From assembly GCF_046119375.1 (NCBI RefSeq), contig NW_027362765.1, forward strand, positions 101,184,001 through 101,248,000: a stretch of DNA of 64,000 nucleotides, in the 5' to 3' direction. Of the stretch, positions 12,405 to 22,817 are shown piece after piece. A program made the translations under genes and the position numbers. The notes under the pieces were generated by a model, which had not been told where the DNA came from, made no database searches, and saw only the letters and a program-made list of their open reading frames with translations. Each line of letters begins with the position of its first letter. The stretch's first letter is position 1. This stretch comes from Phyllobates terribilis. Lineage: Eukaryota.

Positions 12405-13943
12405 CAGTTGTGCTCAAAAGTTTACATACCCCACCAGATTTTTTCCTTTCTTGGCCTTATTTCCGAGAATATGAATGAAAAACATCCAAATGACCCTGAT
12501 AAAAAGTTCACATACCCCAGTTCTTAATACCGTGTATTGCCCCCTCTAACATCAATGACAGCTTGAAGTCTTTTGTGGTAGTTGTGAATGAGGTTCTTTA
12601 TTTTCTCAGATGGTAAAGCAGCCCATTCTTCTTGGCAAAAAGCCTCCAGTTCCTGTAAATTCCTGGTCTGTCTAGCATGAACTGCGCGCTTGAGATCTCC
12701 CAAGAGTGGCTCAATGATATTGAGGTCAGGAGACTGAGATGGCCACTCCTGAACCTTCACTCTACTGTAGCCAATGACAGGTCGACTTGGCCTTGTGTTT
12801 TGGATCATTGTCAGGTTGGAACGTCGAGGTACGTCCCATGCGCAGCTTCTGGGCTGATGAGTGCAAATTTGCCTCCAGTAATTGCTGATAACGTGCTGCA
12901 TTCATCTTTCCTTCAACTTTTACCAAGTTTCCTGTGCCTTTCTAGCTCACACATTCCCAAAACATCAGCGATCCACCTTCATGCTTTACGGAAGGAATGG
13001 TGTTCCTTTCATCATAGGCCTTGTTGACCTCTCTCCAAATGTAATGTTTATGGTTGTGGCCAAAAAGTTAAATTTTGGTCTCATCACTCCAAATTACCTT
13101 GTTCCAGGAGTTTTGAGGCTTGTCTCTGTGCTGTTTGGCTTATTGAAGGCGAGATACTTTGTGGCATTTGCGCAGTAATGGCTTTCTTCTGGGGACTCGA
13201 CCATGCAGCCCATTTTTCTTCAAGTGCCTCCTTATTGTGCATCTTGAAACAGCCACACCGCTAGTTTTCAGAGAGTCCTGAATTTCAGCTGATGTTATTT
13301 GTGGGTTTTTCTTTGCATCCCGAACAATTTTCCTGGCAGTTGTGGCCGAAATTTTTGTTAGTCTACCTGACCTTCTTTTGGTTTTTACAGAGCCCCTGAT
13401 TTTCCATTTGTTAATCACAGTTTGAACGCAGCTGACTGGCATTATTAATTCCTTGGATTTTTTTTGTATCCCTTTCCTGTGTTATACAGTTCAACTACCT
13501 TTTCCCATAGATCCGTTGACAATTCTTTTGCTTTTCCCATGACTCACAATCCAGAAACGTCAGTGGCTGGATGAAAGATGCAAGAGTCTGTCTGGATCCC
13601 AGAAATTTACTCAGCTTTTATGCACACACACTGATTACGAGCAAACAGGTCACAGGTGAGGATATTACCTTTAGTAGCCATTCAAACCCATTTCTGTCAA
13701 ATTCTGTGCATGTTATCAGGCCAAAATCACCAGGGTATGTGAACTTTTGATCAGGGTCATTTGGATGTTTTTGGTTGTCATTAAGATTTAAAAAGAGAAA
13801 ACACAGTAGTTTGACAATAAATGGCTTCACCCAACCAATAACCATGAGTGGAGAAAAAGTTTTTTGTTATCACTCATATTGTCTGAAACAAGGCCAAGAA
13901 AGGAAAAATTCTGCTGGGGTATGTAAACTTTTGAGCACAACTG
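12405..13943 (-). mobile_element. Tc1/mariner transposon with IR/DR-type long inverted repeats
   Basis: TA target duplication (12403-04, 13944-45). Identical termini CAGTTGTGCTCAAAAGTTTACATACCCC. Inner direct repeats AAAAGTTCACATACCC at both ends. Length 1539 bp. Confidence 0.95.
12524..13540 (-). pseudogene. Tc1 (DD34E) transposase pseudogene
   Basis: ATG at 13540 (MGKAKELSTDL). HTH region RSGR..KISATTARKIVRDAKKNP, GRVPRRKPLL, and catalytic WPSQSPDLNIIE. Broken by frameshifts and stops. Confidence 0.92.
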
Positions 13944-14230
13944 TATATCTGCAGGTCAATAGTGTTTTGGGACATGACAGTTTTTCTTTAAGGCAATTAT
14001 GGGATGGTTTAGACTAGAGAAACTGGAAGACGTCTGGAGTGCCCACCTCTGTTTTCAGCTACATTATCACAAATTGCACCTTTCTGTATCAGTTGTCAAT
14101 TCAACGACATAATAATACTGGACAAGATCTACATTTTTTTTACAATATTTGTGTTGTGTTCTCCGAAGGATTGTGCATAACATTCACAATCTAATATCTG
14201 CTGATATTCACGACATTGACTCTCCCCCAG

Positions 14231-14479
14231 ATAACCAGGATGGCAGCTGCAACGTTGATGGGAAAGTCTATGAAGATGGAGAAACATTTCAGCCCAGCTG
14301 TAAAGTCCAGTGCACATGTGTGGATGGTGGAGTAACCTGTATCCCTCTGTGCAGTGAGGACATCAGGCTTCCGAGCCCAACATGCCCCTTTCCTATCAAA
14401 GTGGATGTCCCAGGGAAGTGCTGCCATGAGTGGATATGTAATGGACAACATCCCAAGCTCCTTAATGGTGTGGAACAAG
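14231..14479 (+). CDS. ccn5: CCN5 exon 3, von Willebrand factor type C domain
   Basis: cccag acceptor and G|GTAAGT donor; phase 1 to 1. Encodes [65 protein letters not shown]. Confidence 0.95.
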
Positions 14480-14546
14480 GTAAGTGAAAAATAGTTGTGA
14501 ATACATTGACTATTTGACCTGACTGATGACTAAAATGTAACCTTAA

Positions 14547-14920
14547 AAGGATCGTGGACATTTTTTTTCTTGTTTAAATGAATGTGTTTTGGGCTAAAAA
14601 TTATTTTTGTAATTGAATTTTGCACTGATTGCTGTTACATCTTCTTAGGTTGCACCGTCAATTGTTTTCTGCAGAATGGGGTAACTGAGAAACCATCAGC
14701 GAGCTCATTGTGACAGTCCAATGGAAGAGTTTCTAACTTTTCAATCTGTAGTTTTCTGGGCTCCTCTCAGCTGATATATGATTACCGACTACAAAGAGCT
14801 TGTAAAAGCAAAGCTGAGCAAAATTTTTAATTACGTTAAATTGCAAAGTTGATTTTTAGCACAAAAATACATGCATTTAAAGAAAAAGAAAAAGTTTCTC
14901 CCCAGAGGTGGACAACCCCT
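14547..14920. mobile_element. T2-type MITE (CCN5 intron 3)
   Basis: TTAA flanks. The right TIR is GTGGACAACCCCT; the left TIR is degenerate. Confidence 0.55.
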
Positions 14921-15364
14921 TTAAGGCTATGTTCTCAAGGGACGTATTTACTGCGGACCTCTCGCACCCTTGATCACTTGAGATCATATGACCATGTCCA
15001 TCCATGTCAGTACCGCCCCGTGGTTGTATGTTTGAAGTCACAGGGAGAACGGGACTGTTGTATTATATGCTGAGTGTAAATAATGACACATAATATCCTG
15101 GATTTTTAAGGGACGGTTCACAGGAAGTCACTTCAAAGGAAACATTTAAGGTCAATTTTAGTTTTAAATTAGTATCACTAAACTCACAGTTTTGCTTTTA
15201 CTAGTAAAGTGAACGTCATCGACAAATCTATGAAATAACCTGACAGGTATGACAAGACGCGACTGTAAACTGAGATCTTCAGATCATTATCACTTTCCAT
15301 CTGGTGCTGAAGGGAGAGGTCACCTTAATCATGTTATAATAGGTAATTATATTCCCCTTTGTAC

Positions 15365-15625
15365 AGGGTGGAGATTCGCAGCCATGGTGACATTATGAGT
15401 GCATAATGAGTACCATTGGGGTCCTGCGTTCAAGTCCACCCAAACATAATGCCTGTGGAATCTGGGTTTTTGTGAGTTTCCTCTGGGTACTCCGTTTCTT
15501 TCATCAATTCTGTTACAATAATTGGAATTCATATAGAACTGACCATAGTAGTTGTCTGTTAGTGGGAAATTAGATTGTTAACTCCTGGGGAGAGGGATTG
15601 ATGTAAGTGATAACAGTCTCTACTT
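15365..15625 (+). mobile_element. Degenerate tRNA-derived V-SINE
   Basis: B-box GTTCAAGTCC followed by the V-domain-like GAGTTTCCTCTGGGTACTCCGTTTC and a 3' GGGAAATTAGATTGT segment. Confidence 0.6.
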
Positions 15626-15784
15626 TTGATTAAATACCACTTTACCGCATCTACGGTCTTTGGAGCAGGTCATGAATCCTCCCAAATCCTCCTCTTTAGT
15701 CATATTAGCAGTATGAATGTATGTTCAGTCAAGTTACAGTGCTGTCATCTTATCTTGCTGAGTTCAGTTGTACAACAGGTAGCA

Positions 15785-16125
15785 AATCACCTTAAAGAAC
15801 AACCGGATATCAAAATGTTTTCAAAAAAGATTTTAAATATACTTTATTATAAATTTTAAAAGGCATTTAAAATACATTGAAGTCCCACAGTCACACCAAC
15901 TACGGTATTACCCGATCCTCGGTTTCGCCTATCGGCTTCTTCTGGGGCAAGCTTGCTCTTGAAGATGGTGACAGGCGAAACCTTGGGTTGGGCGATAGCT
16001 GGCATGCTGCATGGGATTTTAATGTATATGGCATTTGAAATTTGGAATTGTATAAGTATAATTAAACACCCTTTGATACTTTTCTGGCTGTGCTGGCCTA
16101 TGTCTGGTTGTTCTTTAAGGTGATT
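15785..16125. mobile_element. Fold-back (head-to-head) Penelope-like pseudo-LTR pair with hammerhead-like motifs
   Basis: A ~340-bp imperfect palindrome centred on GCAAGCTTGC. Each arm, read outward, has a (C/T)NGAAGA..GCC/GGT-loop-GGCGAAAC core followed by an A(A/T)TAAA signal. Confidence 0.55.
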
Positions 16126-16559
16126 CATTACTTATGGTAGAACTGGATTTACATAGAAAAAGACAAGAGGTTCCAGCTTTTGGCCTGTGTCTCTTGCACC
16201 TTATTTTTTTATAAGGACTTTTAATCTAAAAAAGATGGACAGATCTCCAATAGTTTACCAAAAGCTGGAAACTCCTGTCTTTTTCTTTGAATATTGCCGC
16301 GTCTGGTCAGAACATTGTGTCCTGTATACTGGACCTATTCTTTCAGTGGTGAGCTGGCATTTTTTCAATTTTTTCTGTTTGTTACAACTGGATTTAGCAA
16401 GATAAGAGAATAGTACTGTTACTGGTCAGAACACACACCGATACTGTAAGTATAATGAAAGAGGAGGATTCGGGAGAAGTCCTGATCTCCTCAGAGGGCA
16501 ATAGATACAGTAAAGTGATATTTAATCTGATTTTTATGTATAAAGGTTTATATTGGACT

Positions 16560-17090
16560 GCTTTTCAGAATCACACAGGTGATATTAAAGAGTGAGGCAC
16601 TGAAAATGATGTAATTATATAATGGGTACACGTAGATGTTTGTGAGTAATTTATACAACATGATTTTATAATATAAAATACCCATGAAAGTATATACGAT
16701 AATCACAAGACAGATCAAGGACAAACCAAATGGTACTAATTCAACCGTATTAATAAAGGGTGCCGAGAGCTCAATAATAATAAATAGTAAAGCACCTTTA
16801 CATATATTATCCACTAATTAATTGAGTAACAATGCAAGAGCTTGTTATTAAATGGTGGTGAGGATATCTAACAAAGTGACTGTGCATAGAAGGTGCAACT
16901 GTGCATAATGAATAAAGAGCTCATGGGACCCTAACAATCATTGTCCAAAGTTGGAGCGGTATATCAAAGCATACTTGGAGTAGAAGAACCAAAGGTAGTA
17001 TGACAGAAGTGCTTACCGCCAAGATGATGATGCCCCACACACACGTTTCCCGACGCGCGTTTCGCCACTGCGGGCTTTGATGAGGGATCC
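16560..17090 (-). mobile_element. Probable Penelope-like pseudo-LTR remnant
   Basis: The - strand begins with a hammerhead-like TCCC...AGCC CGCAGT GGC GAAAC GCGC GTC GGGA, followed by AT-rich sequence. Confidence 0.4.
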
Positions 17091-17257
17091 CTGTTTGTTA
17101 ATTTTACAAAATAAAGTTGTTGGATCTGCTATTATTTGCTGTTGTGCAATCTATCTATAGGTTGTTAGATTACAGAGAGTGCCTGATTGCTATGTAATAT
17201 TTTTAGTCTCTGTACCTTGTTGCAGTATATGTTGGATATACATTTTCTTGTTGCCAG

Positions 17258-17427
17258 GGATGGTGGAGTCTAACTGCCCTGAGTGGAGCACAGAATGGGG
17301 ATCTTGTTCTGCTGACTGTGGCATTGGGATCTCTTTAAGAGTGACAAACCAGAATCTATTCTGCAGACTGGAAAGCCAGAGCCGCCTGTGTATAGTGAGA
17401 CCCTGTGGAGACCTCTCAGTTGGCACA
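17258..17427 (+). CDS. ccn5: CCN5 exon 4, thrombospondin type-1 domain
   Basis: ttgccag acceptor. Encodes [44 protein letters not shown]. Ends with a consensus phase-0 donor ACA|GTAAGT. Confidence 0.93.
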
Positions 17428-18622
17428 GTAAGTGTTAATGACCCTGATCGTGGCCATGTGCCATATCTCCACCCAAACTATGTGATGCAAAATGTTTCAC
17501 ACATGGTCTCAAGATGAAAACTGCAAATAGTTAGCTCTGTCTCAGTTCTAACCCACACCCCAATGACCATAGCAATTTATTAAACATAGGCTAACCCTAT
17601 ATTACCCCTGGTGCCACCAAACCAGCTGTGAACCCTTGAGGCATAGACTCCAGAAGGTCAATGAAGATGTCCTGTGGATATTAGCAGCAGACCCTATAAG
17701 TCCTGTAAGTTGTCTGGTGCACCCTCCATAGATAGGAATTGTTACTCCAGCGCATCCCAAAAGTGAGCGATTGGATTTAGATCTGTGGGTTTAGAAACAA
17801 GTTATCTCCTTGAACTCTTTGTTAAGTTACTCAAACCATCCTTGAGTAGTTTTTTGCGATACGAAAGGTGCAATACACTGTTGTAAGAGGCACTGCCATT
17901 AAAGAATTCTGCTGTCATGAAGGGGAGTACTTGGCTTTGTACTTTGGTCCATTGTTTATTTAGGTGGTACTTGTCACATCCACATGATCAAGGTTTTGCT
18001 TCCATACACTTGTATGGAGTGAGGCCACGCCCACTGGACAGGCTCTGGCCGGGAGTATGTATAACTCATACCTAACCTTCGGTCCCGGCTCAGAATCCGG
18101 CAAATCCCCGCAGCACACAGTGCATGCGCTGGGGGAATTCATAAGTCTCCAGTCACACAGAGTCACTGCAGACTTATCAATCTGGACCGGACAACAACTT
18201 AACCTAATGGTGAATATATACAAAGAGAGAGAGATACATGCTGTACATACCGTACATGTAATTAACCGATGTAGGGAGTCTGGCCCACAAAGGTCCTCAC
18301 ACTAGCACAATGTACATACTACACAACACCCTCATTATTTATAGATGGTATGACTGACCCTTACATTCTCCTTATCCTGCGCAGTGGGCGTCCTACACTG
18401 TGCAGCTGTCAGGTCACTTCATACTGTGAAGGAACATGTCACTTCATCCCGTCACTTGCAGATTATAGCTGGATTATTCGTATATCCATTGCTCCTATGA
18501 AAAGGGACAGGTGTCTGTAAGACTGTGGAGAACTTGTCCTTTCATTACATGAATATTCTCCATGGGGGTTTCACTGTTTTCATCGTGTACTTGACGTGTA
18601 CTAACACATCTTCTTCTTTCAG

Positions 18623-18844
18623 GCAGGAGCACCTTGTGTCCCCGTCCTGGAGGCTTCTCATCTGGTCAGGTTGGAGTTCCCTGGTTGTCTCAGTGTCCAC
18701 AGCTTCCTGCTCAGGTTTTGTGGCTCCTGCGGGATGAGGAAATGTGTCCCTCATCAGACATCAACAGAGATGGTGGAGTTTCAGTGTACAGAAGGACGTA
18801 GGAGGAGATTGATGATGTTCATCCTCTCATGTGTCTGCTACTAG
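18623..18844 (+). CDS. ccn5: CCN5 exon 5, C-terminal cystine-knot (CT) domain
   Basis: Pyrimidine-rich acceptor ttcttctttcag, phase 0. The open frame AGAPCVPVLEASHLVRLEFPGCLSVHSFLLRFCGSCGMRKCVPHQTSTEMVEFQCTEGRRRRLMMFILSCVCY-TAG aligns with the CCN2 CT module. The spliced CDS is 54+217+249+170+222 = 912 nt = 303 aa + stop. Confidence 0.88.
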   Translation, partial: AGAPCVPVLEASHLVRLEFPGCLSVHSFLLRFCGSCGMRKCVPHQTSTEMVEFQCTEGRRRRLMMFILSCVCY

Positions 18845-19319
18845 TAGAGGAGACGACCCCAGGAGCAACATATTGGAGGCCCAAATGTCCAAATCTTGCC
18901 TATTATGTGATTTGTCGAGACCCTGGACTTACAGAAGCACAATATGTCATGATATTAGTCAGATTTGTTTCTGCACAGATCCCACATAAATACGATGTGA
19001 CCCTACGGAGCCATATTTCTCATCTGTAGGACAATGGAGGCTGCAATACTCATTTCAGCATTTTGGCCTTCATTTCCTTATACGACATCACTCTGCCAAA
19101 ATGACTGCAAGAACAGACTTGATTGTAGATGATAACCCTGGACACACATGGTTTTGCATAGGAATAGTAGACATAAAACTGTCAGAGATTTATAATCAAG
19201 ACTATTTATAAAGCTATTATTTTGGATGAATTATTGTCTGGAAAAGTGGGGGTAGACTACAAATCTACACACTGGGAAAGCGTTAGTGAAAAAAGTCCCA
19301 TGTTGTTTCAATACCTTAT

Positions 19320-20047
19320 GGGGATTGTCCACTTGAATAAAATTATATTTTAATGTTAATTTATACAACTTAATAATATACTTGTATTAACAAAGGAGCC
19401 TCTATCTATAGATATCAGTACCGGTCAAGAGCAGCTCTACTCACAGTTTGTGCTGGACAAGAGAGCTTATTGTTTCCAATACTGTGTGTGTGAAAGGGGC
19501 TGGTTGACTGATTAATTTCAATAGGTAAACCAGACCCCTTCTCTGTCTATTTATTATTATGTTTTCTTATATAGCACCATAATTTATTGCAGTGCCTTAC
19601 ACATATTATTTATCCCTGTCCCCATTGGTCACAATACAAATTTCCTATCAATATATCTGGGAGGAAACCCACACAAACATAAGGAGAACATACAAACTCC
19701 TTGCAGATGTTGCCCTTGTTAGGATGTGAACCCAGGACTCCAGAGCCTCAAAGCAACAGTCCTAACCACTGAGCCACCGTGCTGCTCCTGTGAATTTGTC
19801 AAAACAGAAAAGGGGGGCTGGCTTATTGAATTGAGCCAGTCAACCAGCCCCCTTCACAAAAACACTGGTCCCATGACAGCACAGAAAAATCTTCCTCATG
19901 GCAAACAGAAGCCGGAGGTAGAACTTCCAGGACCAGTACTGATATGTGCAGATAGGGCAATTTTTTTAATACAAGTAAACTGGTAAGTTGTATATATTTA
20001 TATTTTACTCACATCTAACGATATATTTGTTAACAAGTGGACAACTC
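19320..20047. mobile_element. T2-type MITE containing a nested V-SINE
   Basis: TIR GGGGATTGTCCACTTG / CAAGTGGACAACTCT followed by TTAA. Internal inverted repeats flank the SINE. Confidence 0.65.
19550..19786 (-). mobile_element. tRNA-derived V-SINE
   Basis: The - strand reads GCAGCACGGTGGCTCAGTGGTTAG (A box), GGTTCACATCC (B box), GTGGGTTTCCTCCCA (V domain) and a (TAA)n-like tail. Confidence 0.8.
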
Positions 20048-20089
20048 TTTAATACATGGGAGTGACTGATGAAATGTTATTCTCTAAAG

Positions 20090-20245
20090 CAGTTTTCCCC
20101 AACTCCTGTCCTCAAGAGCCACCAACAGGTCATGTTTTCAGGATTTCCTTAGTATTGCACAGGAATTATCACCTGGTCAATACTAAGGAAATCCTAAAAC
20201 CATGATCTGTTGGTGGCTCTTGAGAACTCGAGTTGGCAAACACTG
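20090..20245. mobile_element. hAT MITE (156 bp)
   Basis: CAG...CTG termini with long TIRs and a perfect 8-bp TSD CTCTAAAG. Confidence 0.9.
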
Positions 20246-20917
20246 CTCTAAAGGAATGAAGGCAAAGCTGAAAAATTTGTGGAGAGGGATCTCAAGGTGA
20301 ACTGAGCTTAAAATATAGAAGCTTTAAAAATGAGCTAGATCTAAGGCGATATGAAATTTGAAAAATGACAGTGCTTTATCTCCCAAAACAGCACTACTCA
20401 TGTCAATATCTGCTTATTGCAATACCATGCACCACAATGGACAGGAGGGGCACTGTCACTGAAATGTAAAGCAAACCCATTAAACCCTTAGTCTACTTTT
20501 AAAGGAATACTCCATTTTGGAGGAGTTTTATTTTTATTTGGAAGAAAATGATGACTTGCATATGACAGAAAAATGACTGTCCTTTTTATAAAAAAATAAC
20601 ACTAAACAAAACAAGTAATATTGTTTAATGTGAAGAAAATTACATGATCATCTGTCCTCTTCTCTACGTCTATGCTATTGTTCATTTTTCCTCATTATCT
20701 GCCTGCTCCAACCAAAACGCTACCCAATAATGAATATTCAAAGCAACACAAGAGTATTTTAGTGGAGTGTGTTCTGATATTGGGGAATGCAATGCTTTTC
20801 ATTTCGGATGTAACATTAGACCTCCATCTGTTCATGTCGGTGAGGTTCAGACTTTATTATGGTGAGTCCTATGAACTATGGAACCATAATAATATCTGGA
20901 AGGACATGAAGGTCACA

Positions 20918-21336
20918 TCTACTATATAAATCGGCTTATCCCGTCTGTCTGTCCGTCCAGAAAATCCCGCGTCGCTGATTGGTCCGGCCTCGGCCAATCA
21001 GCGACGCGGGATTTCAGAACAAAATGGTGGCCGTTAGCGGCTCATCTGCCGCACGGAGGTCAGCGGCGATGCAGCCGGGAGATGACCGGCGGCCTAGGTG
21101 GCGCCACTCTCCGGTCCTCCCTTCACACTTGCCGCGTGGTCAGCGATGTTGTCACAAGCAGTATTGACAACATGACGTAATTACAAAATTCATTAGGGAC
21201 CCCGGGGGGATACATTGGGGGTTAATTTAAAGTAGTGCACAACCCATTTAAACACTGCTTCGCTGATTAGTCGCGCCCGGTCGGCCGCATACATATTCTA
21301 GAATACCCGATGCGTTAGAATCGGGCCACCATCTAG
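20918..21336 (+). mobile_element. Non-autonomous Helitron (419 bp)
   Basis: 5' TCTACTATATAA after an A and 3' CTAG before a T. Subterminal hairpin CCCGAT-GCGTTAGA-ATCGGG. An internal 21-bp perfect inverted repeat lies at 20962-21014. Confidence 0.85.
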
Positions 21337-22378
21337 TAGATTTATAGTAGTCTAGTAGATGTCCATAGTCTGCAGGCACGTGGCCATATGTCCCAGTAGG
21401 TGCCACGGTTTACCTCAAAATCTTTTTTTCCACCCCTGATTTCCTCCACTAGATGAATTGTGGCACCTGAAATGGGAGACATTTGTGTTCAAGGAGCTGG
21501 AGAAACTCCATGAATGGGAATAATATGGAGGTGGAGCATAAATATATCTTTGTATTGAGGACACACAGAGTAATAAACAAGGTTATTTATTACTGTCAGG
21601 AACGAGGTCATTTATTACTGTCATCAATGATTTACTCCAAGTAAGGTCTTATCAGAGGTTTAATAAATGATCCATAAAACATCTCAGAAATGATCAGGAG
21701 TTCTAACCAGAAAATCGCAGCAGATCTTGTCCTAAAAATCCTATGTCTCTGAATTATGGTGGAGGACGATCCTAGTGCAGTGATCATCCTAGGATCAGGA
21801 CCCAATGATGCTAAAAAGCCTGAGGCTGCACTACTGAGAACTGACATCTCTGCATGGTCATTGAGATCTTAAGTGGATCCAGATCACTATGGATAGTGCC
21901 AGTTTTATGTGAATTGGTCGGGATACCAACATAATTTATGATTTGGATCCAAACATGGTCTCCATGACTACCCTACTCCTTAGGGTGATGTGCTGCTCTC
22001 AGAATCTCTCAGTGGTACAGACTTAGGCTGTAGGCCTGTGACTACAAAACTTGGTAGAGGAGGAAGACAAAGAAGCAACTAACTAGTTCATGATTGCAAG
22101 GGATAATGTGACTACAGTGTACAATCAGATTAACACCAAAAGACCTAATATTAATGATAGGACTTAAAGGGTTATTTCCATTTTAGACATTTTTTACATA
22201 TCCATAGGATAAAAGGGCTCCACTGCTTGGACTTGTGCCCAGCTCTAGAACACAATGCCTATCTTGGGCTGCTGGGACTGGAGAGATGGCCATACATGTT
22301 TTTCCATTTTCTTCTGAGAAAAAAAAATCCAGGTTTGGAAATAATAAGTTTATAGATTATGACCCAACAGATCAGTAA

Positions 22379-22817
22379 GGCTATGTTCACATGGAGTTTT
22401 TTGAGGCGTTCAAAAATGATGAGTTTATCAAGTGAAATCTACTTCAGTAAACACTCCTTCTTGGGGGAGATATTGAAGTTTACTGAAGCGGTTTTGAAGA
22501 GGTTGGCAATTTTTTTCCTAACTTTTTTGTTATTATTTTTTGTTTTGCAACCATTTGATTTAACAGTGTCTAGTTTAGAGCCGATTTTTTTCAGGACCCT
22601 CTTCAAAGAAGTGAAATCTAGTTTTTTTTGTTGTTTTTTTTTTAGACCAGTCGTTTTTCAAAATCTCTTAAAGAAAGAAAATGCTTAAAAAAACTTTCCC
22701 ATAGGAATGAATAGGAAGAGCTTTCCAAGCATTTTTGCAGAGGTTTTTGAGGAGGAATTTGGATCAGATTCAGTAAAAAAAAAAAAACTCCTCAAAAAAC
22801 ACCATCTGAGCGAGGCC
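22379..22817. mobile_element. Harbinger-type MITE
   Basis: Termini GGCTATGTTCACATGG / CCATCTGAGCGAGGCC with TAA/TAA flanks and internal inverted repeats. Confidence 0.7.

Larger units (their letters stand above)
12069..13987. mobile_element. T2/Kolobok-type MITE split by a Tc1 insertion
   Basis: TIR AGGGAACCTGTCATGTC / GACATGACAGTTTTTCT with TCAA/TTAA flanks. The right TIR is rejoined when the Tc1 and one TA are removed. Confidence 0.7.

Noticed and set aside
11213-17517. ORF-track N- and C-terminal extensions of ORFs 11213, 14149 and 17179
   Set aside because: These are intronic sequence flanking the true exons; the splice sites define shorter coding segments.
21632-21847. Minus-strand ORF ending FIKPLIRPYLE (echo of CR1/L2 LVRPHLEY) and a 23-bp identity between 21815-37 and 25036-58
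   Set aside because: The similarity is too short to call a LINE. Probably remnants of an unclassified old repeat.
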